Positions 25,461 to 38,847 of a DNA stretch of 64,000 bases are shown here, in pieces (positions within the stretch are counted from its first letter, which is position 1; every line of letters starts with the position of its first letter). The DNA lies in the NCBI RefSeq assembly GCF_044704955.1, contig NC_091985.1:63426001-63490000 (forward strand). Direction: 5' to 3'. The translations under genes and the position numbers were made by a program. This DNA is from Pristiophorus japonicus (taxonomy: Eukaryota). Under the pieces are notes generated by a model that worked only from the letters and a program-made list of their open reading frames with translations, was not told where the DNA came from and ran no database searches.

Positions 25461-25609
25461 CTTTCTGAAATTCCTCTTGGGAAGGTAGATTCCCTTGGAA
25501 CACATGATATGGAAGAAGCCGTTGCATGGCATCCTCTAATGAGTTGAAGGGAGTTTTATAGTCAGGTTGTAGAACATTTCTTTGTTCATTTTGTAATTGC
25601 TGAAGAATC
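25461..25609 (-). CDS. BICRAL: BICRAL coding exon 8, start of the GLTSCR1 domain, ILQQLQNEQRNVLQPDYKTPFNSLEDAMQRLLPYHVFQGNLPSQEEFQK
   Basis: GLTSCR1 motif PDYKTPFxSLEDAxQRLLPYHVxQG. Acceptor atttaag, donor G|gtaaat, phase 2 to 1. Confidence 0.93.
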
Positions 25610-25905
25610 CTTAAATAAAAACATAAAAAGAGAATATGAAAATAAGACTACCTGTCAATTATTCTTTTTTTTTTACAGTTAATATACAATTAAACAATGG
25701 ACAGAATGTGTTGTGTTACAGCTATATGGATGGTAACTGCATGACTACAAAATTATTAGAATGCAATTTTCTGTTTTTATCATATAGCAATTTACTATCA
25801 ACAGTAACTTAAGACATCCAATGAAATGTTTGTAGTTAATATAAAATGAAGCAGCTTTGCAACCATAAATGACCTGCACGACCGTTGTTAACCACGGTAA
25901 CTTAA

Positions 25906-26274
25906 GGGCCAATTTTAACTTGGAAGCGAAGCTGCGGGGACAGAAGCAGGAGGCAAACTATACAGACTCCCGGAGTGGCCAAGCTCCTTGATGCCGCCAG
26001 CTTTTGCTGATGAACTGGACAATGTGTAGGCCTTAATCGAGCACACAGTTAAAATGGTGCGTGTGTCTCGATATCATCAGAGCATGACTCTGCTATTTAA
26101 ATTCATTCCCTGCTCTTCAGAGGCAAGCAGCCTTCCCGTGCTTGAATTCAGGCAAGTAAAAATGGTGCGGGCAGGAACGCGACACAAACTCCTCGCTATC
26201 TTAACCCCCTGCTTGCTCCATTCCCACTGGTTGGGGGGGGGGGGGGGGGGGGGGCGGGGAATTAAATTAGACCC
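25906..26274. mobile_element. Possible old Harbinger-type MITE
   Basis: Imperfect inverted ends GGGCCAATTTTAA / GGGTCTAATTTAA around a GC-richer insert. No clean TSD. Confidence 0.35.
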
Positions 26275-26699
26275 TTTCATTTTCCGTGACAAGAAATATT
26301 AAAGAATGCTGTGAAATACATTTATGCTTAAGCTATGTTTCTGGAGAAAGGAGTTTTACAGCTTAGTGAGCCAAATCATTAAAAGAAGGGGGCACTGGTG
26401 TAGCACTGTGTCCTTTTACCTCGGAGACTTGGGTTTTAAATTCAGCTAGACTGACTGATTGAAGGTCTCCTCTCTATCGCTGTTTGCCGTTGTTCTACAA
26501 ATAGTGACCATGATTAGTCTACCTAGTTTCTGTGGTTGTGGGTCCACAATACAAAATCTAAAGTCTCACTCATAAGGAATGCTGGTGCAGAAAGTAGAAC
26601 TAACTCACTGTTGCAGTAGGACTTTCCAATAATATAGATTCAGAAGTGAACAAAGCATTGCAGAGAATATTAAAACAAATATTTCATGAATAACAAAAA

Positions 26700-27510
26700 C
26701 TGGAGACACTGAGGGCAAGGACAGATAGCATGCCAGGTTCAGAGCTGCATAGTGTATAATTGGTGACTATTACTAGATGCTGCGGGCAGGTCAGAACCCA
26801 AAGTAAAGGCATTCAAATAGGATGTAGATAGAGAAGTGGGCACTGAGTTCATTGATGACAATATTTTCAGGATCTTCGAAAAGATGGGGAGTTTAGAGAT
26901 GAAGATGAAGTTAGAGAGGAGAGGGCTCGAGTGGGCTTTCAGGATGGAGTGATGATAGTGGCTTTGAAAGGGAGGCACATGGTCGAAAGAAAGGAAGAAT
27001 TTAACAATTTCAGTGAGTACTGATGCAAAAAGTAGTAACAGGTGAGGATCTGGGGCAGGAAAGAATCAAATAAGCAGCTGATGGATCTCATGAAGGGGAT
27101 AAATCTGATGAGGGCTGGGGGAGAATTTGCTGAATATTTTTATTGGGGCAGGGATGGTATAGAAGGTAAGAAGTCAATGGGATGAAGGATGAGGTTGAAG
27201 AAGGCAGTTAGTAGTGGAGAAGAGAAGTTTGGAGTTGCTCAAAATGACCCTAGATTTAGTCACAGAACATGACAAGTAATGCAGCTTGAGATGGTTAAGC
27301 CAAATCTGGCAGTGGACAACCAGGCTGGTCATGCAGCTTGAGGCCCTCAGATTTGAGGCCCTCCGATGTACCAGGGCCTCTGGGAGGAGTGAGGACCATG
27401 AAGGACCTGGAAGGGACAAAGGTATCAAAAGCAGAGGCAAGGCAGTGATGAAGCAGAGTGACAGAAATGGTGACTTAATAGTGGATGGTGGTCCAGTGGA
27501 GATCAGTTAG
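26700..27510 (-). mobile_element. Old L2 LINE fragment
   Basis: Remnants ISKLPIFSKILK and SNSKLLFSTTN, with the purine-rich plus strand expected of an antisense L2. Confidence 0.55.
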
Positions 27511-27594
27511 AGAAAATATTAGTTTGAGTAGTTTTTATTCAAATGCTTTAAAATTCTTAAAACATACAGTATGCTGCTAAACAAATATACATAC

Positions 27595-27656
27595 AAACTT
27601 TCTTTAGTAAGTTGCTTTGATGCAGGTCTCTTCTGTCCCCCATTCTGGCCATCGAA
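27595..27656 (-). CDS. BICRAL: BICRAL coding exon 7, FDGQNGGQKRPASKQLTKES
   Basis: Matches human GGQKRPAAKQLTK. Acceptor ttctag, donor gtatgt, phase 0 to 2. Confidence 0.92.
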
Positions 27657-28549
27657 CTAGAATGAAATAAACTTTTGATATAAAACTATATACATGTATA
27701 TTAGAAATAATACAGGTACCAATTTCATCAACATGTCTATAGATATGGGTCTTACCCATCTCCTTGAAAATTAGAATGTGAGAGGTGTGACATTGTGGAA
27801 CAGTTCAGACTTATATCTGTTTGCATAATGCCACGCCGAATGACACCATTCCAAACTGCTTGAAACAAGCAAGAAACGCACACTTTGTAGTTTGCTAAAT
27901 AATAGCAAAATGAACGAGACAGTGTTCAATATAAAGAAAAACTTTTTTCTAATATCTGAATATCAATCAAGCTTGACTGAACTAGCTAAAGAACCTATTC
28001 ATTCACCTACTAGTAATACAGAATTTTAGATCTATTCCATTTTTTAAAAAGCAAATTCCAATTTATGGCAACACGCTACCACTTGAAGGTGCTCCAGTAA
28101 TCTTTTCAAAGCTTTATGCTGTCGTCAAAATAACCACATTTTTATTACACATCTTGTACTAAAAAGAACTTTTGCAGATCTCTTGCTTTCGACATATAAA
28201 TACAGAAAAATATGAATTGAGTTTAATTTTTTGAAATATGAAAAGAATCACTGCAATTGTAATATTGCTATTTACTATTTAGGAGTAAAAATACTGGAAC
28301 AATCCATAAAAAGTATTTAGGATCATATTTCATTGAGTGTGGCTTTGTAAAAACTGAAATTTTCCTTTTAAAGTAAAACTTTTAAGTTTGGCTATTAAAT
28401 GAAAACTACATTTTCATTTCCAAGCTTAAATATTTGTGCAAAAATGTATACAATATATTCATCATAACTTTATTACATCTCCTGGAATGCTTGTTTACAC
28501 TTCCCTCAATCACTAAAATGTGCAGTGGCTTTCACTAAGGATTTTTAAG

Positions 28550-29220
28550 ATACTTTGGAAGGCAAATGGAATGTTGGCTTTTATTGCAAGGGGGACAGAG
28601 TATAAAAGCAGAGAAATCCTGTTACAACTTTACAGGGTATTGGTGAGGCCACACTTAAGAGTACTGCATACAGTTTTGGTCTCCTTATTTAAGAAGAGAT
28701 ATACTTGCATTGGAGGCAGTTCAGAGAAGGTTCACTAGGTTGATTCCTGGGATGAAGGGGTTGTTGTATGAGGAAAGCTTGAGCAGGTTGGGCCTATGCT
28801 CATTGGAGTATAGAAGAATGAGAGGTAATCTTATGGAAACATGTAAGATTCTGAGAGGGCTTGATAGGGTAGATGCTGAGAGGATGTTTCCCATCGTGGG
28901 GGAATCTAGAACTAGAGGGCATAGTTTCAGAATAAGGGGTCGCCCATTTAAGGCGGAGCTGAGGAGGAATTTCTTCTTTCAGAGGGCCGTGAATCTTTGT
29001 AATTCTCTACCCCAGAGAGGTGTGGAGGCTGAGTCATTGACTATATTCAAGGTGGAGATAGTCAGATTCTTGAACTGCAGGGGAGTCAAGGGATATGGGG
29101 ATTGGGCGGGAAAGTGGAGCTGAGGCCAAGATCAGATCAGCCATGATCTTACTGAATGGCGGAGCAGGCTCGAGGGGCCGAATGGCCCAGACCTGCTCCT
29201 ATTTCTTATGTTCTTATGTT
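28550..29220 (+). mobile_element. CR1 LINE 3' fragment
   Basis: KANGMLAFIARG.EYKS, LEAVQRRFTR, RTRGH, FFFQRAVNL; (TTCTTATG)2 tail. Confidence 0.92.
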
Positions 29221-29343
29221 TGATTAACTTGGTGGCAAAGCCAGCCATTGGTATTTTGTTGCACTTTTACTAGAAATTGAAATGATAGAATTGAAAAATT
29301 ATATTGGACAGAAAACCAAACACCATAAAAGGTAGAAACCTAC

Positions 29344-29465
29344 TTGTGACATTTTCTGCATCTCTGGCTGTCCTAATATTTTATCCTGCAGTGGATGTAG
29401 TTGTCCCAAGTGCTGTTGTAAAGTACCAGCAGTTTTGTGAAGTTGACTGTCACTCATTTGCACAG
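29344..29465 (-). CDS. BICRAL: BICRAL coding exon 6, (A)VQMSDSQLHK...QDKILGQPEMQKMSQ
   Basis: 122 nt, ttgcag acceptor, gtaggt donor, phase 1 to 0. Weak similarity to human LGTAQPQQEKVVG. Confidence 0.75.
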
Positions 29466-31169
29466 CTGCAATATATAAATGTAGAGAATATAACTTTATA
29501 AAGGACATTTAAGAAATAGAATCATGTAAACCTTAATATTGAATGTGAAGATTTAAAGTAAGTTACATTGACTAGCTGGTTTACTATATTAGCTGCTCAA
29601 CTTTTAACTAATTTAATTCCAGAGAATTATATTTTTCTTAAGTTGGTTAAATCTGCACACTGTTGAAGAAAAACTCTAAGACAGTTAACACACAAGAGGT
29701 TTCATGTAAATTTTAATAGAGGTTTTGGTTAACTTTTTTTTTGAATTAGCTATCTTCATCTTTCCTGATGTCATTATTCATTAAAATAAAATGAAATACA
29801 TTTTGTGAATTGTTAGGGCAGTCTGCGTTCAACTCAGCTTCTTCACATTGTCTCTAGGTGAGGGACAATGAGAGGCAACAGCAATATCAAATAACCCATC
29901 ATATCTGTTCCTATTATACTTGCTTTCTAAGAAATGGAGTTATTGTGTTAGTGGGTTGAAACAAACAGCTGTAATTAATTCTGTTCATCTATGTCAAAAG
30001 GTGAAGACGGGCATTCCTAAATCTTCAAGAAAACAGTTGGATAAGTTATATAGACATGTGTGTTGTAACTTGGAAGATGTTATTGCTGTAATTGCTGCAC
30101 TATTCTAAAGGTAGCATACCCCTCCTATTAGAAAAGAAGCTCCTGATTGGTCAGATTGAGCTTGTGGTTCTCAGTGCTGGTCTGGTCCTGTTTACTGCGC
30201 AGAGAGACGAGCTCTGCCCGCAACTGGGAGGGGAGAATCAACAGGTAAACACGAGAAAGTCTGGGACTCTCCAAACCATTGTTCTTGGACATTTTTCAAG
30301 TACACTGACTAGAAAAGGCCATTTGGCACATCAAGCACTTTCCACAGAACAGGTAAAATGTGCTCGATTAAAAACTGAAAATGTTTCTCCCAATCCACCC
30401 TGAACTGAAGGAAAGTCCAGAAAAGTCCAGAATACCCATTTAATCTTACAAACAACTTACAGTGCATGTTCCAAGACTTCATAGAAGAAAATAAATCCTA
30501 CATTATACATCCGAGACAACTGCCTTCCTTGACATGACATTCCCAGCAAGTCAAAGCCATGATATTCCATACAGCATGCAATTATCTGTCTCTATACATT
30601 CTTATAAGCCTCCCAATTTGCTCCTAACCAGATACTGTTTTGCTTATTTTTATTTAAAAAAAGAACAATATTAATTATTTATCTACAAGTCTATTCCTTT
30701 GAACGGTAAGTTTATCCTCATGTCTGAATTATCTAATTTTAAATAATTTGCTTCTATCAACATTATCTATTTAAAGATTGATGCTGTTAGTTTGCATTTT
30801 GTAAAAAATAATGTTCTTGTATACATTGCTTGCCCTTGGTTTTACTTCAGTATTATTGAGAAATATAGCCAATTTGAGTTCTGATGCTGGCTTCGCAGCT
30901 GAAATATTAACTTGAATGTTTTCTTTATTCAGATGCTGACGAGTTTACTGTGTATTTCCAGGAATATCAGCTTTTTGCAAATTTGCAGCATTTTTCTTTT
31001 TACCTCTAGTTTGTTTCTATGTGCGTCATCACAGCACTAATATAGTGCATTCTTCACTGTGTGTATAAAAACTTTCTTCAAGACATTCTTAACATAGTAG
31101 AAATGCAAGGCAATGGGTCTTGTTGCGACTTCTATCCATATAAATACACTGAAAATTTCCCTTACATAC

Positions 31170-31389
31170 CCAGACATGTAGTTTTGCCTAGAATCCCTGT
31201 ACTGTTCAATAAGCTGGGTATGTGCGGCTGTCGTAGACCATCAGCAGCATGAGCCTTTGGAACAGAATTGGATAGAGTCTGACTTCCAAAGAGAGAAGCT
31301 GAAACTTGATTGGAGAGCTGCCCCAAGCTAGCCAATGAATGGCTAGTGACTGGTTGGTGCTTACTTGTTGCCATCATCTTCTTTGGAGC
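31170..31389 (-). CDS. BICRAL: BICRAL coding exon 5, APKKMM...DGLRQPHIPSLLNSTG...CL
   Basis: DGLRQxxIPxLL matches human DGLRQAQIPGLL. Acceptor ttgcag; donor G|gtatgt gives phase 1, which fits the next exon. Confidence 0.85.
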
Positions 31390-31902
31390 CTGCAACCATG
31401 TTAGTGAATAAATACAATCATACACTAATCCACCTAGCATCCAACTGAACAAAATCTAGACAGTATTTATTATTTCCACGTATCAGACTATTACATTACA
31501 AATTTCATCTAGTATCTTTTGTAGGTAACATTTAGACCAAGTACTTTACAACTCGAGGATTTCAATATTTCATAATTTTACAGGCACAAATTAAGTACAT
31601 GATGGTCATTTTTACACAGAATTGTACAACTGTATATGTTCTCCCAATTTTAGAAAATAAAACTTACAAATACACAACTACAATTCTGAAATATTAATTT
31701 ATGCATTATGATAAATTTGAATCAGTACATGTCTGAAACAAATTCTCGAACAGTTAGTAATAGCTTTTTTATAAACTAATCATGGCAATTCTTTGTTCTT
31801 GTTCTGACTTAACTGAAATAACTATAAATGACAGTAAGCTGAAGCACAGTCATACCACAGGTAAACTTAACTTTGAAACAAAAAAATAATTTTCTACAGC
31901 AT

Positions 31903-32600
31903 ATAGACCTAGACATTGGGCCACTTACCACCACGAGCTACTGCCACGATCCGGTCAAAAAATGACGGCAGTAACTCGAGTGCCCTTCTTTGGCACAGGA
32001 CTCAGCGACCACCATTTTGGTGAGGGCCTCAGCGCTGTCAATAGTGGCGCTGGCCCTGGAAATGTAAATGGAGAGGGTGACGTCAGTCAGCGTGCAACGG
32101 CGACTTAACATCACCTCAGCGAACTTCAACCTTAGCGCTGAGTTCAGCAGACTGACAAAGATGCTGTCAGCACATCGTAAAAGGGACAAACATATCTTTC
32201 AGGTAAGTTTCCATTTAAGCTTTTGGACTGGATTTTTTAAAATTTTATTGAAGTAGTGGTTTTCTTGTAATAAAGTTTTTTTTTAAAGCGTGCAGGGAGT
32301 GCTGCTGGATGCATGCAAGGCCTCGGATGGTAAATGAAGGCCTCTTGAGAAGACAGAAAATGCTGAAAATATTCAGCAGGTCAGGCTGCATCCGTGGAGA
32401 GAGAAACAGAGTTCATGTATCAGGTCGAGATGCTACCTGACCTGCTGAGTATTTCCAGCATTTTATGCTTTTATTTCAGATTTTCAGCATCCGCTCGAAG
32501 AGAGAAGAAGATGCAGAAGAGGAGGATGCAGAAGAGGAGGAAGCAGAAGGAAGGAGGCAACCGGCCGGGATATCCGGGATGGATTCATCTGCCTGCGGTA
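31903..32600. mobile_element. Probable deleted Harbinger remnant
   Basis: Starts AGACCTAGACATTGG, similar to the TIR of Harbinger 2. Has a GC-rich subterminal region and a Glu-rich stretch (32495-32560) like the transposase C-terminus at 57060-57110. Confidence 0.35.
32352..32492. repeat. Palindromic Penelope-associated shark repeat
   Basis: Inverted arms AAAATGCTGAAAATATTCAGCAGGTCAGG..GCATC / GATGC..CCTGACCTGCTGAGTATTTCCAGCATTTT. A more decayed relative lies at about 30880-31000. The Penelope link is from recall. Confidence 0.6.
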
Positions 32601-33305
32601 CCAGTGTCATAAGTTGAAACTTAAAAAAGCTAAATAAAATGGGAAGCAAAACTTTAGAAACAAATTTTAAAAAGAAAATGAAAAAGAGGTTTCCATGTGG
32701 AAGTCAACAGTAAATAATGGAAATTAAGTAGGCATGGAACTTAACATCAACATCGATAATTAAATCAGCATGCTAAGGTTCCAACTTATTCATGTTCATG
32801 AGGGTAGATGTGAAAATAAAAAAATTAATTGCTTTCCTTTATATTGAAAGATAATGCATATCACACTGCAGAATCAGAGTCCATCTAAATAAATGTTGAG
32901 TACAATCTGTGTTTACAGTAAGTTACCTATATTTACTATCTAATAATTAAATATTTCAGACCCTGTTGCAGTCATATGATAAGATGTGATTTGAATTTGC
33001 TACAAAGTCCAAAAGAAAGCAATCAACCATGGAAAAATGTTCCATTTATGCTCAATTGAGAGACACACAATTTAATGAAAAAGTTCCTTCATTTTCAATT
33101 CTTCTCTGTTAGCAAGGTACACTAATGAGTGTGTGTATATGGAATTTTGCACCAATATAATCAACAGATTATTGTTCATATTTTTCAATGCTTTGCAATA
33201 GAGAATACCTCAAGCAATGTGACCAAAAAGGTTCTTTTCTAGTACAGCATTTCTCTTCTTTAAAATTTATCATTGACAAATTTAGTGCATTCATTCATCA
33301 CCTAC

Positions 33306-35297
33306 TTGTGAGTACAGAAATTGCTGCTGATTGCTGGTTTGTGTTACTGGCATCTCCTTCCGGCTAAATACGACCTGTCGTGAGGGTTGCATTACATTGG
33401 TATTTTGGTGATATGGATTGGAAATCCGGTAAATTTGATTCATACCCAGCTGTTGCTGGCATTGTGGTGGCTGCTGCTGTGCAGACTGTACAGTCACAAG
33501 AGATTGCTCCCCCTGACAAACCATTACAATGTTACCACTGGAACATGTTTGTGTGACATGGTCACCACTGCTTGCTGATATTATAGGCTGTACTGTAGAC
33601 ACGTAGCTGGAGCACATTGAATTAGGTGTATTTGAAACATTAAGCTGGTTTTGCAATGACCGTCCTCGGACTGCATTCTGCCCGGATTGCTTAAATATTC
33701 CTGTATTAATGCTTGAGCCAGCAGTGGGTTGTACACCTTGACTGGTTGGAAGATTAAATACCATCTGTGAAGCCTGCTGGAGTGGAACCTGCCCAGTAAC
33801 TAGCTGTGATGAGCCATGGTTTGTTAACAGCTGTCCTCCTGAAGCATTAACAACCTGCTCCATACCACTCTGACCAGCAACCGACTGTCCAACAGAGTTC
33901 TGATTATTCAAGAATTGTCCTGAAAAAGACTGGGTAGCCAGCATTGTACCTGAAGAATTCCGATTTGTTAGAACGCATTCAGAAGCTACTTGGCTGGAGA
34001 CCAATTGGGTGGGTACTGTTCGATTTTGAAGAATCTGTCCATTTGCAGTCTGAAGGTGCTGAACAGTTGAATTCATATTTAATGCTAGGCTGGTAGGAAT
34101 GAAAAACTGATTCTGGGATACTAGAGGTTCATGTTGCCCAATAGGAGGACGAATTATGATACTGCTTCCAGTTTGATTTAAAACTTGTGGTCTACCTGAC
34201 TTTCTAGGTACCTGCTGTTTTGTAATATTGACACCCAGGGGTGGGCCCACTGCTGAACTTTGAGAAGAGTTTGTGGAGCCAAAAGGAAGGCCATGCTGCA
34301 TTTGCTGCTGTTGTAATGCTACTTCATTTTGGAGTTTGAACGCTGTCTGCAATTCCAAATTGTTGATGTTGTAAACTGTTTGTTGCTGATTCATTTGAGC
34401 AGGTTTGGGTTGAATACTGAGTGAAATTTTAGGCTGGCTTGGTACAGGACCTCTTTGAATAATAATATTATGCAAAGGCAGTGCTGTTTGAATATTATTA
34501 CCACTAAAATGAACAGACATAGGTTGTGGTACCTGGCCAATATTAGAGGCTCCATAGTAAGTGTTTCCATTAAGTGCTGTCACTCGCCTCTGAAGCAACA
34601 ATCCACCAGTTTCATTCAAACCAGATGTGTTCAAAGAGATTTGTTGCTGGTTTGGAAGAGAGGCCATATTGTAACCACCTACAGACAGAGAGTTTAGAGC
34701 AGATTGCTGGCCACTGCTCTTCGATATAAACTGTGACCCTTCAAGGTGATTAAGAGTCATTACAGGCTGCTGAGTATCTAATGAACCAATCAGCTGAATT
34801 GGTCCAATTCCACCAGCTTGGTTGCTATTGGGTACATGCTGAATGGCAACACTGTTGATGCCCATTTGTTGAAAAAAGCCAGGCTGTACATTAGTTTCAT
34901 TATTTACAAAGGGAGTTCGCAAAACCTGCTGTAAAATGGGAGACGGTGTTACATTCATCTGCTGCTGTGTCAAGCCTCTTACAGCTGAAGCGCCAGAAGA
35001 TAACTGTGAAACCTGAGAAAAGGATGCAGGGTGAAGCTGAGTTTGTGCGAACTCCTGGGTAGAAGTAATACCGGCTGCCAAATCTGCTTCCTCCTGTAGG
35101 GTTTGTTGAGTGATATTGGCCTCCTGAAGAGACTTCTGCAGAATATCAAAAGGCTGGTCCCCATTTAAGTTTGAGAGAGGTGAAGAGGTATCCAGCTCCT
35201 CCAAAACATTAAGACTACTTGCTAATTGCCGTCTTGAGTTCAATTCTTCTCCAATATGGTTATGTGTATCTTTTGTAGAAGAGGTAGAGTCAGCACT
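33306..35297 (-). CDS. BICRAL: BICRAL large coding exon (664 codons, Q/S/N-rich low complexity)
   Basis: Contains DQPFDILQKSLQEANITQQTL, HNIIIQRG, IQPKP and QFFIPTSL, all typical of BICRAL. Acceptor tttttcag at 35298; donor CAA|gtaggt at 33305. Confidence 0.95.
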
Positions 35298-36329
35298 CTG
35301 AAAAATGCAAGTTGGAACATAATGTAATCAGATATCAAATCAATTTGGTACAATTTTGGCTGAAACAAACAACTGGGTTATTTTATCTTTTGAATTTTGG
35401 ACGGAATTAGAAACATTTTAGAAATAACTTATCGAAAGTTATAGGAGTGGACGTTCCAGGGCCCTTGCTCCATCTGCGGCAGAGTGGGACTTCCAGCTGT
35501 TTTTCTATGTGGGCCAGCAACCAACACTCTGACCCACATAGTAGGGATGGTATCATTATCATAATTAGGGGCAGAGGTGCAGTCCATTCGTACAAGTACC
35601 CTTTAAAGGCACTAGCTCCATTTTGCCAGCAGAAGTCAGAATGGCCCTTACTCACTCCACTAGACTCGAAGGTCTGGGATGGGGCGAAGAACAAAGTCAG
35701 GTCATTTTTGTTATGTTCCGAAGGGAATAAAATACAATATTGTTAAAGGTAATCAATCCCATTCTTTGTCTCGGGCAGCCATAGTTACTCAGACCGTTTC
35801 TCAGGTCTCAAAAGAACTCATGGCAGCACTCGGCTAGCGAGACTTCCGTTGGTTCAAATGAGGGTGTAATTCCTGGGGTAATCCAGGAACTTCCCCAGAC
35901 ACGCTCATAAAGTTGTGCTAGAATGTTGGGATGTGGTGTGTAACACCTTTTCAACTGGAATTTGTGATGGACTAGAAACAGGGCAGAAAAATGGTGGATC
36001 CATTTCACCCCCAAATTCCTGCTCCCCGGGCAGAAATCTCCTTTTCTGTGTACCCCCAAATCAAAAATTTGGGCTATTTATGTAAACGTGTCTGGGAATT
36101 TCCTTGGAGCTGCTTTCATTCTGCTACTGTAACTTTGCCTAACGTGTAACGGAATCCCTGTTTACATGTTAGCAGGGTTTCCATCACACAGATCCACGAA
36201 GACTAAGGAAAGTTTTTTTTTAATTTCAATTTAGAGGGTTTATGCTGGTTTCGACGACAGATTTATGAATGCAACATAGATGCAACACTTAATATATACT
36301 TAGTGGATCTTTCAGGGCACTGCTCACGG

Positions 36330-37880
36330 TAAGAACATAAGAAATGGGAGCAGGAGTAGGCCACCTGGCCCCTCGAGCCTGTTCCGCCATTTAATAAAAT
36401 CATGGCTGATCTGATCATGGACTCAGCTCCACTTCCCTGCTCGCTCCCCATAACCTTTTATTCCTTTATCGCTCAAAAATCTATCTCCGCCTTAAATATA
36501 TTCAATGACCCAGCCTCCACAGCTCTCTGGGGCAGAGAATTCCGTAGATTTACAACCCTCTGAGAGAAGAAATTCCTCCTCATCTCAGTTTTAAATGGGT
36601 GGCCCCTTATTCTGAGACTATGTCCCCTAGTTTTAGTTTCCCCTATGAATGGAAATATCCTCTCTGCATCCACCTTGTCGAGCCCCCTCATTATCTTTTA
36701 TGTTTCGATAAGATCACCTCTCATTCTTCTATACTCCAGTTTGGGCCCAACCTACTCAACCTATCTTCATAAGTCAACCCCCTCATCTCCGGAATCAACC
36801 TCGTGAATCTTCTCTTAACAACCTCCAGTGCAATTATACCCTTCCTTAAATACAGGGTCCAAAACCGTACACTATTCTAAGTGTGGCCTCACCAATACCC
36901 TGTACAGTTGTAGCAGGAATTATCTGCTTTTATACTCTATCCCCCTTGCAATAAAGGCCAACATTCCATTTGCCTTCCTGATTACTTGCTGTACCTGCTT
37001 ACTCACTTTTTGTGTTTCATGCACAAGGACCCCCAGGTCCTTCTCTACTGCAGCACTTTGCAATCTTTCTCCATTTAAATTATAATCTGCTTTTCTATTT
37101 TTTCTGCCAAAGTGGATAACCTCACATTTTCCCACATTATACACCATCTGCCAAATTTTTGCCCACTCACTTAGCCTGTCTATATCCCTTTGCAGATTTT
37201 GTGTGTCCTCCTCACAATTTGCTTTCCCACCCATCTTTGTATCAGCAAACTTGACTACATTACACCCGGTCCCTTCATCCAAGTCATTAATATAGATTGT
37301 AAATAGTTGAGGACCCAGCAACGATTCCTACGGCACCCGACTAGTTACTGTTTGCCAACCGGAAAATGACCCGTTTATCCCGACTATCTGTTTTCTGTTA
37401 GATAGCCAATCCTCTATCCATGCTAATACATTACCTCTAACCCCACGAACTTTTATCTTGTGCAGTAACCTTTTATGTGGCACCTTATCGAATGCCTTCT
37501 AGAAATCCAAATACACTGCATCCACTGGTTCCCCTTTATCCAACCTGCTCGTTACATCCTCAAAGAACTCCAGCAAATTTGTCAAACATGATTTCCCTTT
37601 CATAAAACCATGCTGACTCTGCTTGATTGAATTATGCTTTTCCAAATGTCCCGCTACTACTTCCTTAATAATGGACTCCAGCATTTTACTAACGACAGAT
37701 GTTAGGCTAACTGGTATAGTTTCCTGCCTTTTGTCTGCCTCCTTTTTTAACTAGGGATGTTACATTTGCGGTTTTCCAATCCGCTGAGCCGTCCCAGAAT
37801 CCAGGGAATTTTGGTAGATTACAACCAATGCAACAATCTTTGCAGCCACTTATTTTAAGACCCTAGGATATAAGCCATCT
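36330..37880 (-). mobile_element. CR1 LINE 3' half (RT and tail)
   Basis: SQHGFMKGKSCLTNLLEFFE, YLDF, LGPQLFTIYINDL, KFADT; TTCTTATGTTCTTA tail. Confidence 0.93.
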
Positions 37881-38072
37881 GATGTAAGTCTGATGATCCA
37901 TTGTTTTATGAAGATAAGAACATTATAACAAGCTTCTTCTTCTTAGGCAGTCCATCGGAGTCAAGGATTACTTTAATAATGAAATACTGGGGCCACACTG
38001 ATGTTTTTATTACTAACAGGTGTTCCATGATGATGCTCGGGGCAAGTTGGATGTTTTCTGAGCACCATGTTT

Positions 38073-38315
38073 ACTACAACTACAACTTTTATTTATATAG
38101 CGACTTTAACGTAGTAAACGTCCCAAGGTGCTTCACAGCAATGTTATAAGACAAAACAGATACATTTGACACCGAGCCACACAAGAAGAAATTATGGCAG
38201 ATTGGTCAAAGAGGTAGGTTTTAAGGAGCTTCTTAAAGGAGGAAAGAGAGGCAGAGAGGCGGAGAGATTTAGGGAGGGAGTTCCAGAGCTTAGGGCCCAA
38301 GCAGCTGAAAAAGGC
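38073..38315 (-). mobile_element. L2 LINE/SINE 3' tail fragment
   Basis: FSCLGPKLWNSLP..LSSFKKLLKTYLF followed by the conserved L2 3' end. Confidence 0.8.
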
Positions 38316-38847
38316 CACAAAAGTCTAATTTCTGTTAAGTAAACAATGGGTGATGCCAGAATTTAATTGATATTCAGCCTTCAAGATATTACCCTGCCTT
38401 TCTTCTTTTTAAAAAAACACTCAAACTCCTATGTCAAATGACCATATTTATTTCTTCAAACTTTCTTTCAAGTGTGATACAGAAATCGGAGTGTGACACT
38501 TGATGTATGGTGGACAGGAAATGAGCACAAGATGTACCGCTTATATATGACTAAAATCTCTTTTGTCACTCACAGTTGAGGATATTGGGATGTGGAAATG
38601 TGGAAAGGCACATACATCCATTGAAAAAAAATTAGAATTAAGAAGTTTGTAAGGGATCTCAAAAAAAACTGAGAAGTATTCTTTGAACAGCAAGTAGATA
38701 AATAAATAAATTACAGTTGTCCCTCACAAATCACATTTAAATAAATACATTGCTGCATATAATTTGGGGTAGCAGCTCTTTACCGATACTATCTATTTAG
38801 GGTGTAGCTTTTTGTTGTAAACAACGTGGAATTTATCAAGTTTAATG

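Noticed and set aside
26388-26470. tRNA gene
   Set aside because: Only a decayed A/B-box-like SINE head; no cloverleaf.
33291-35243. Stand-alone 650-aa gene
   Set aside because: It is an internal exon. The ORF-track start is a TTG and splice sites bound it at 35297 and 33306.
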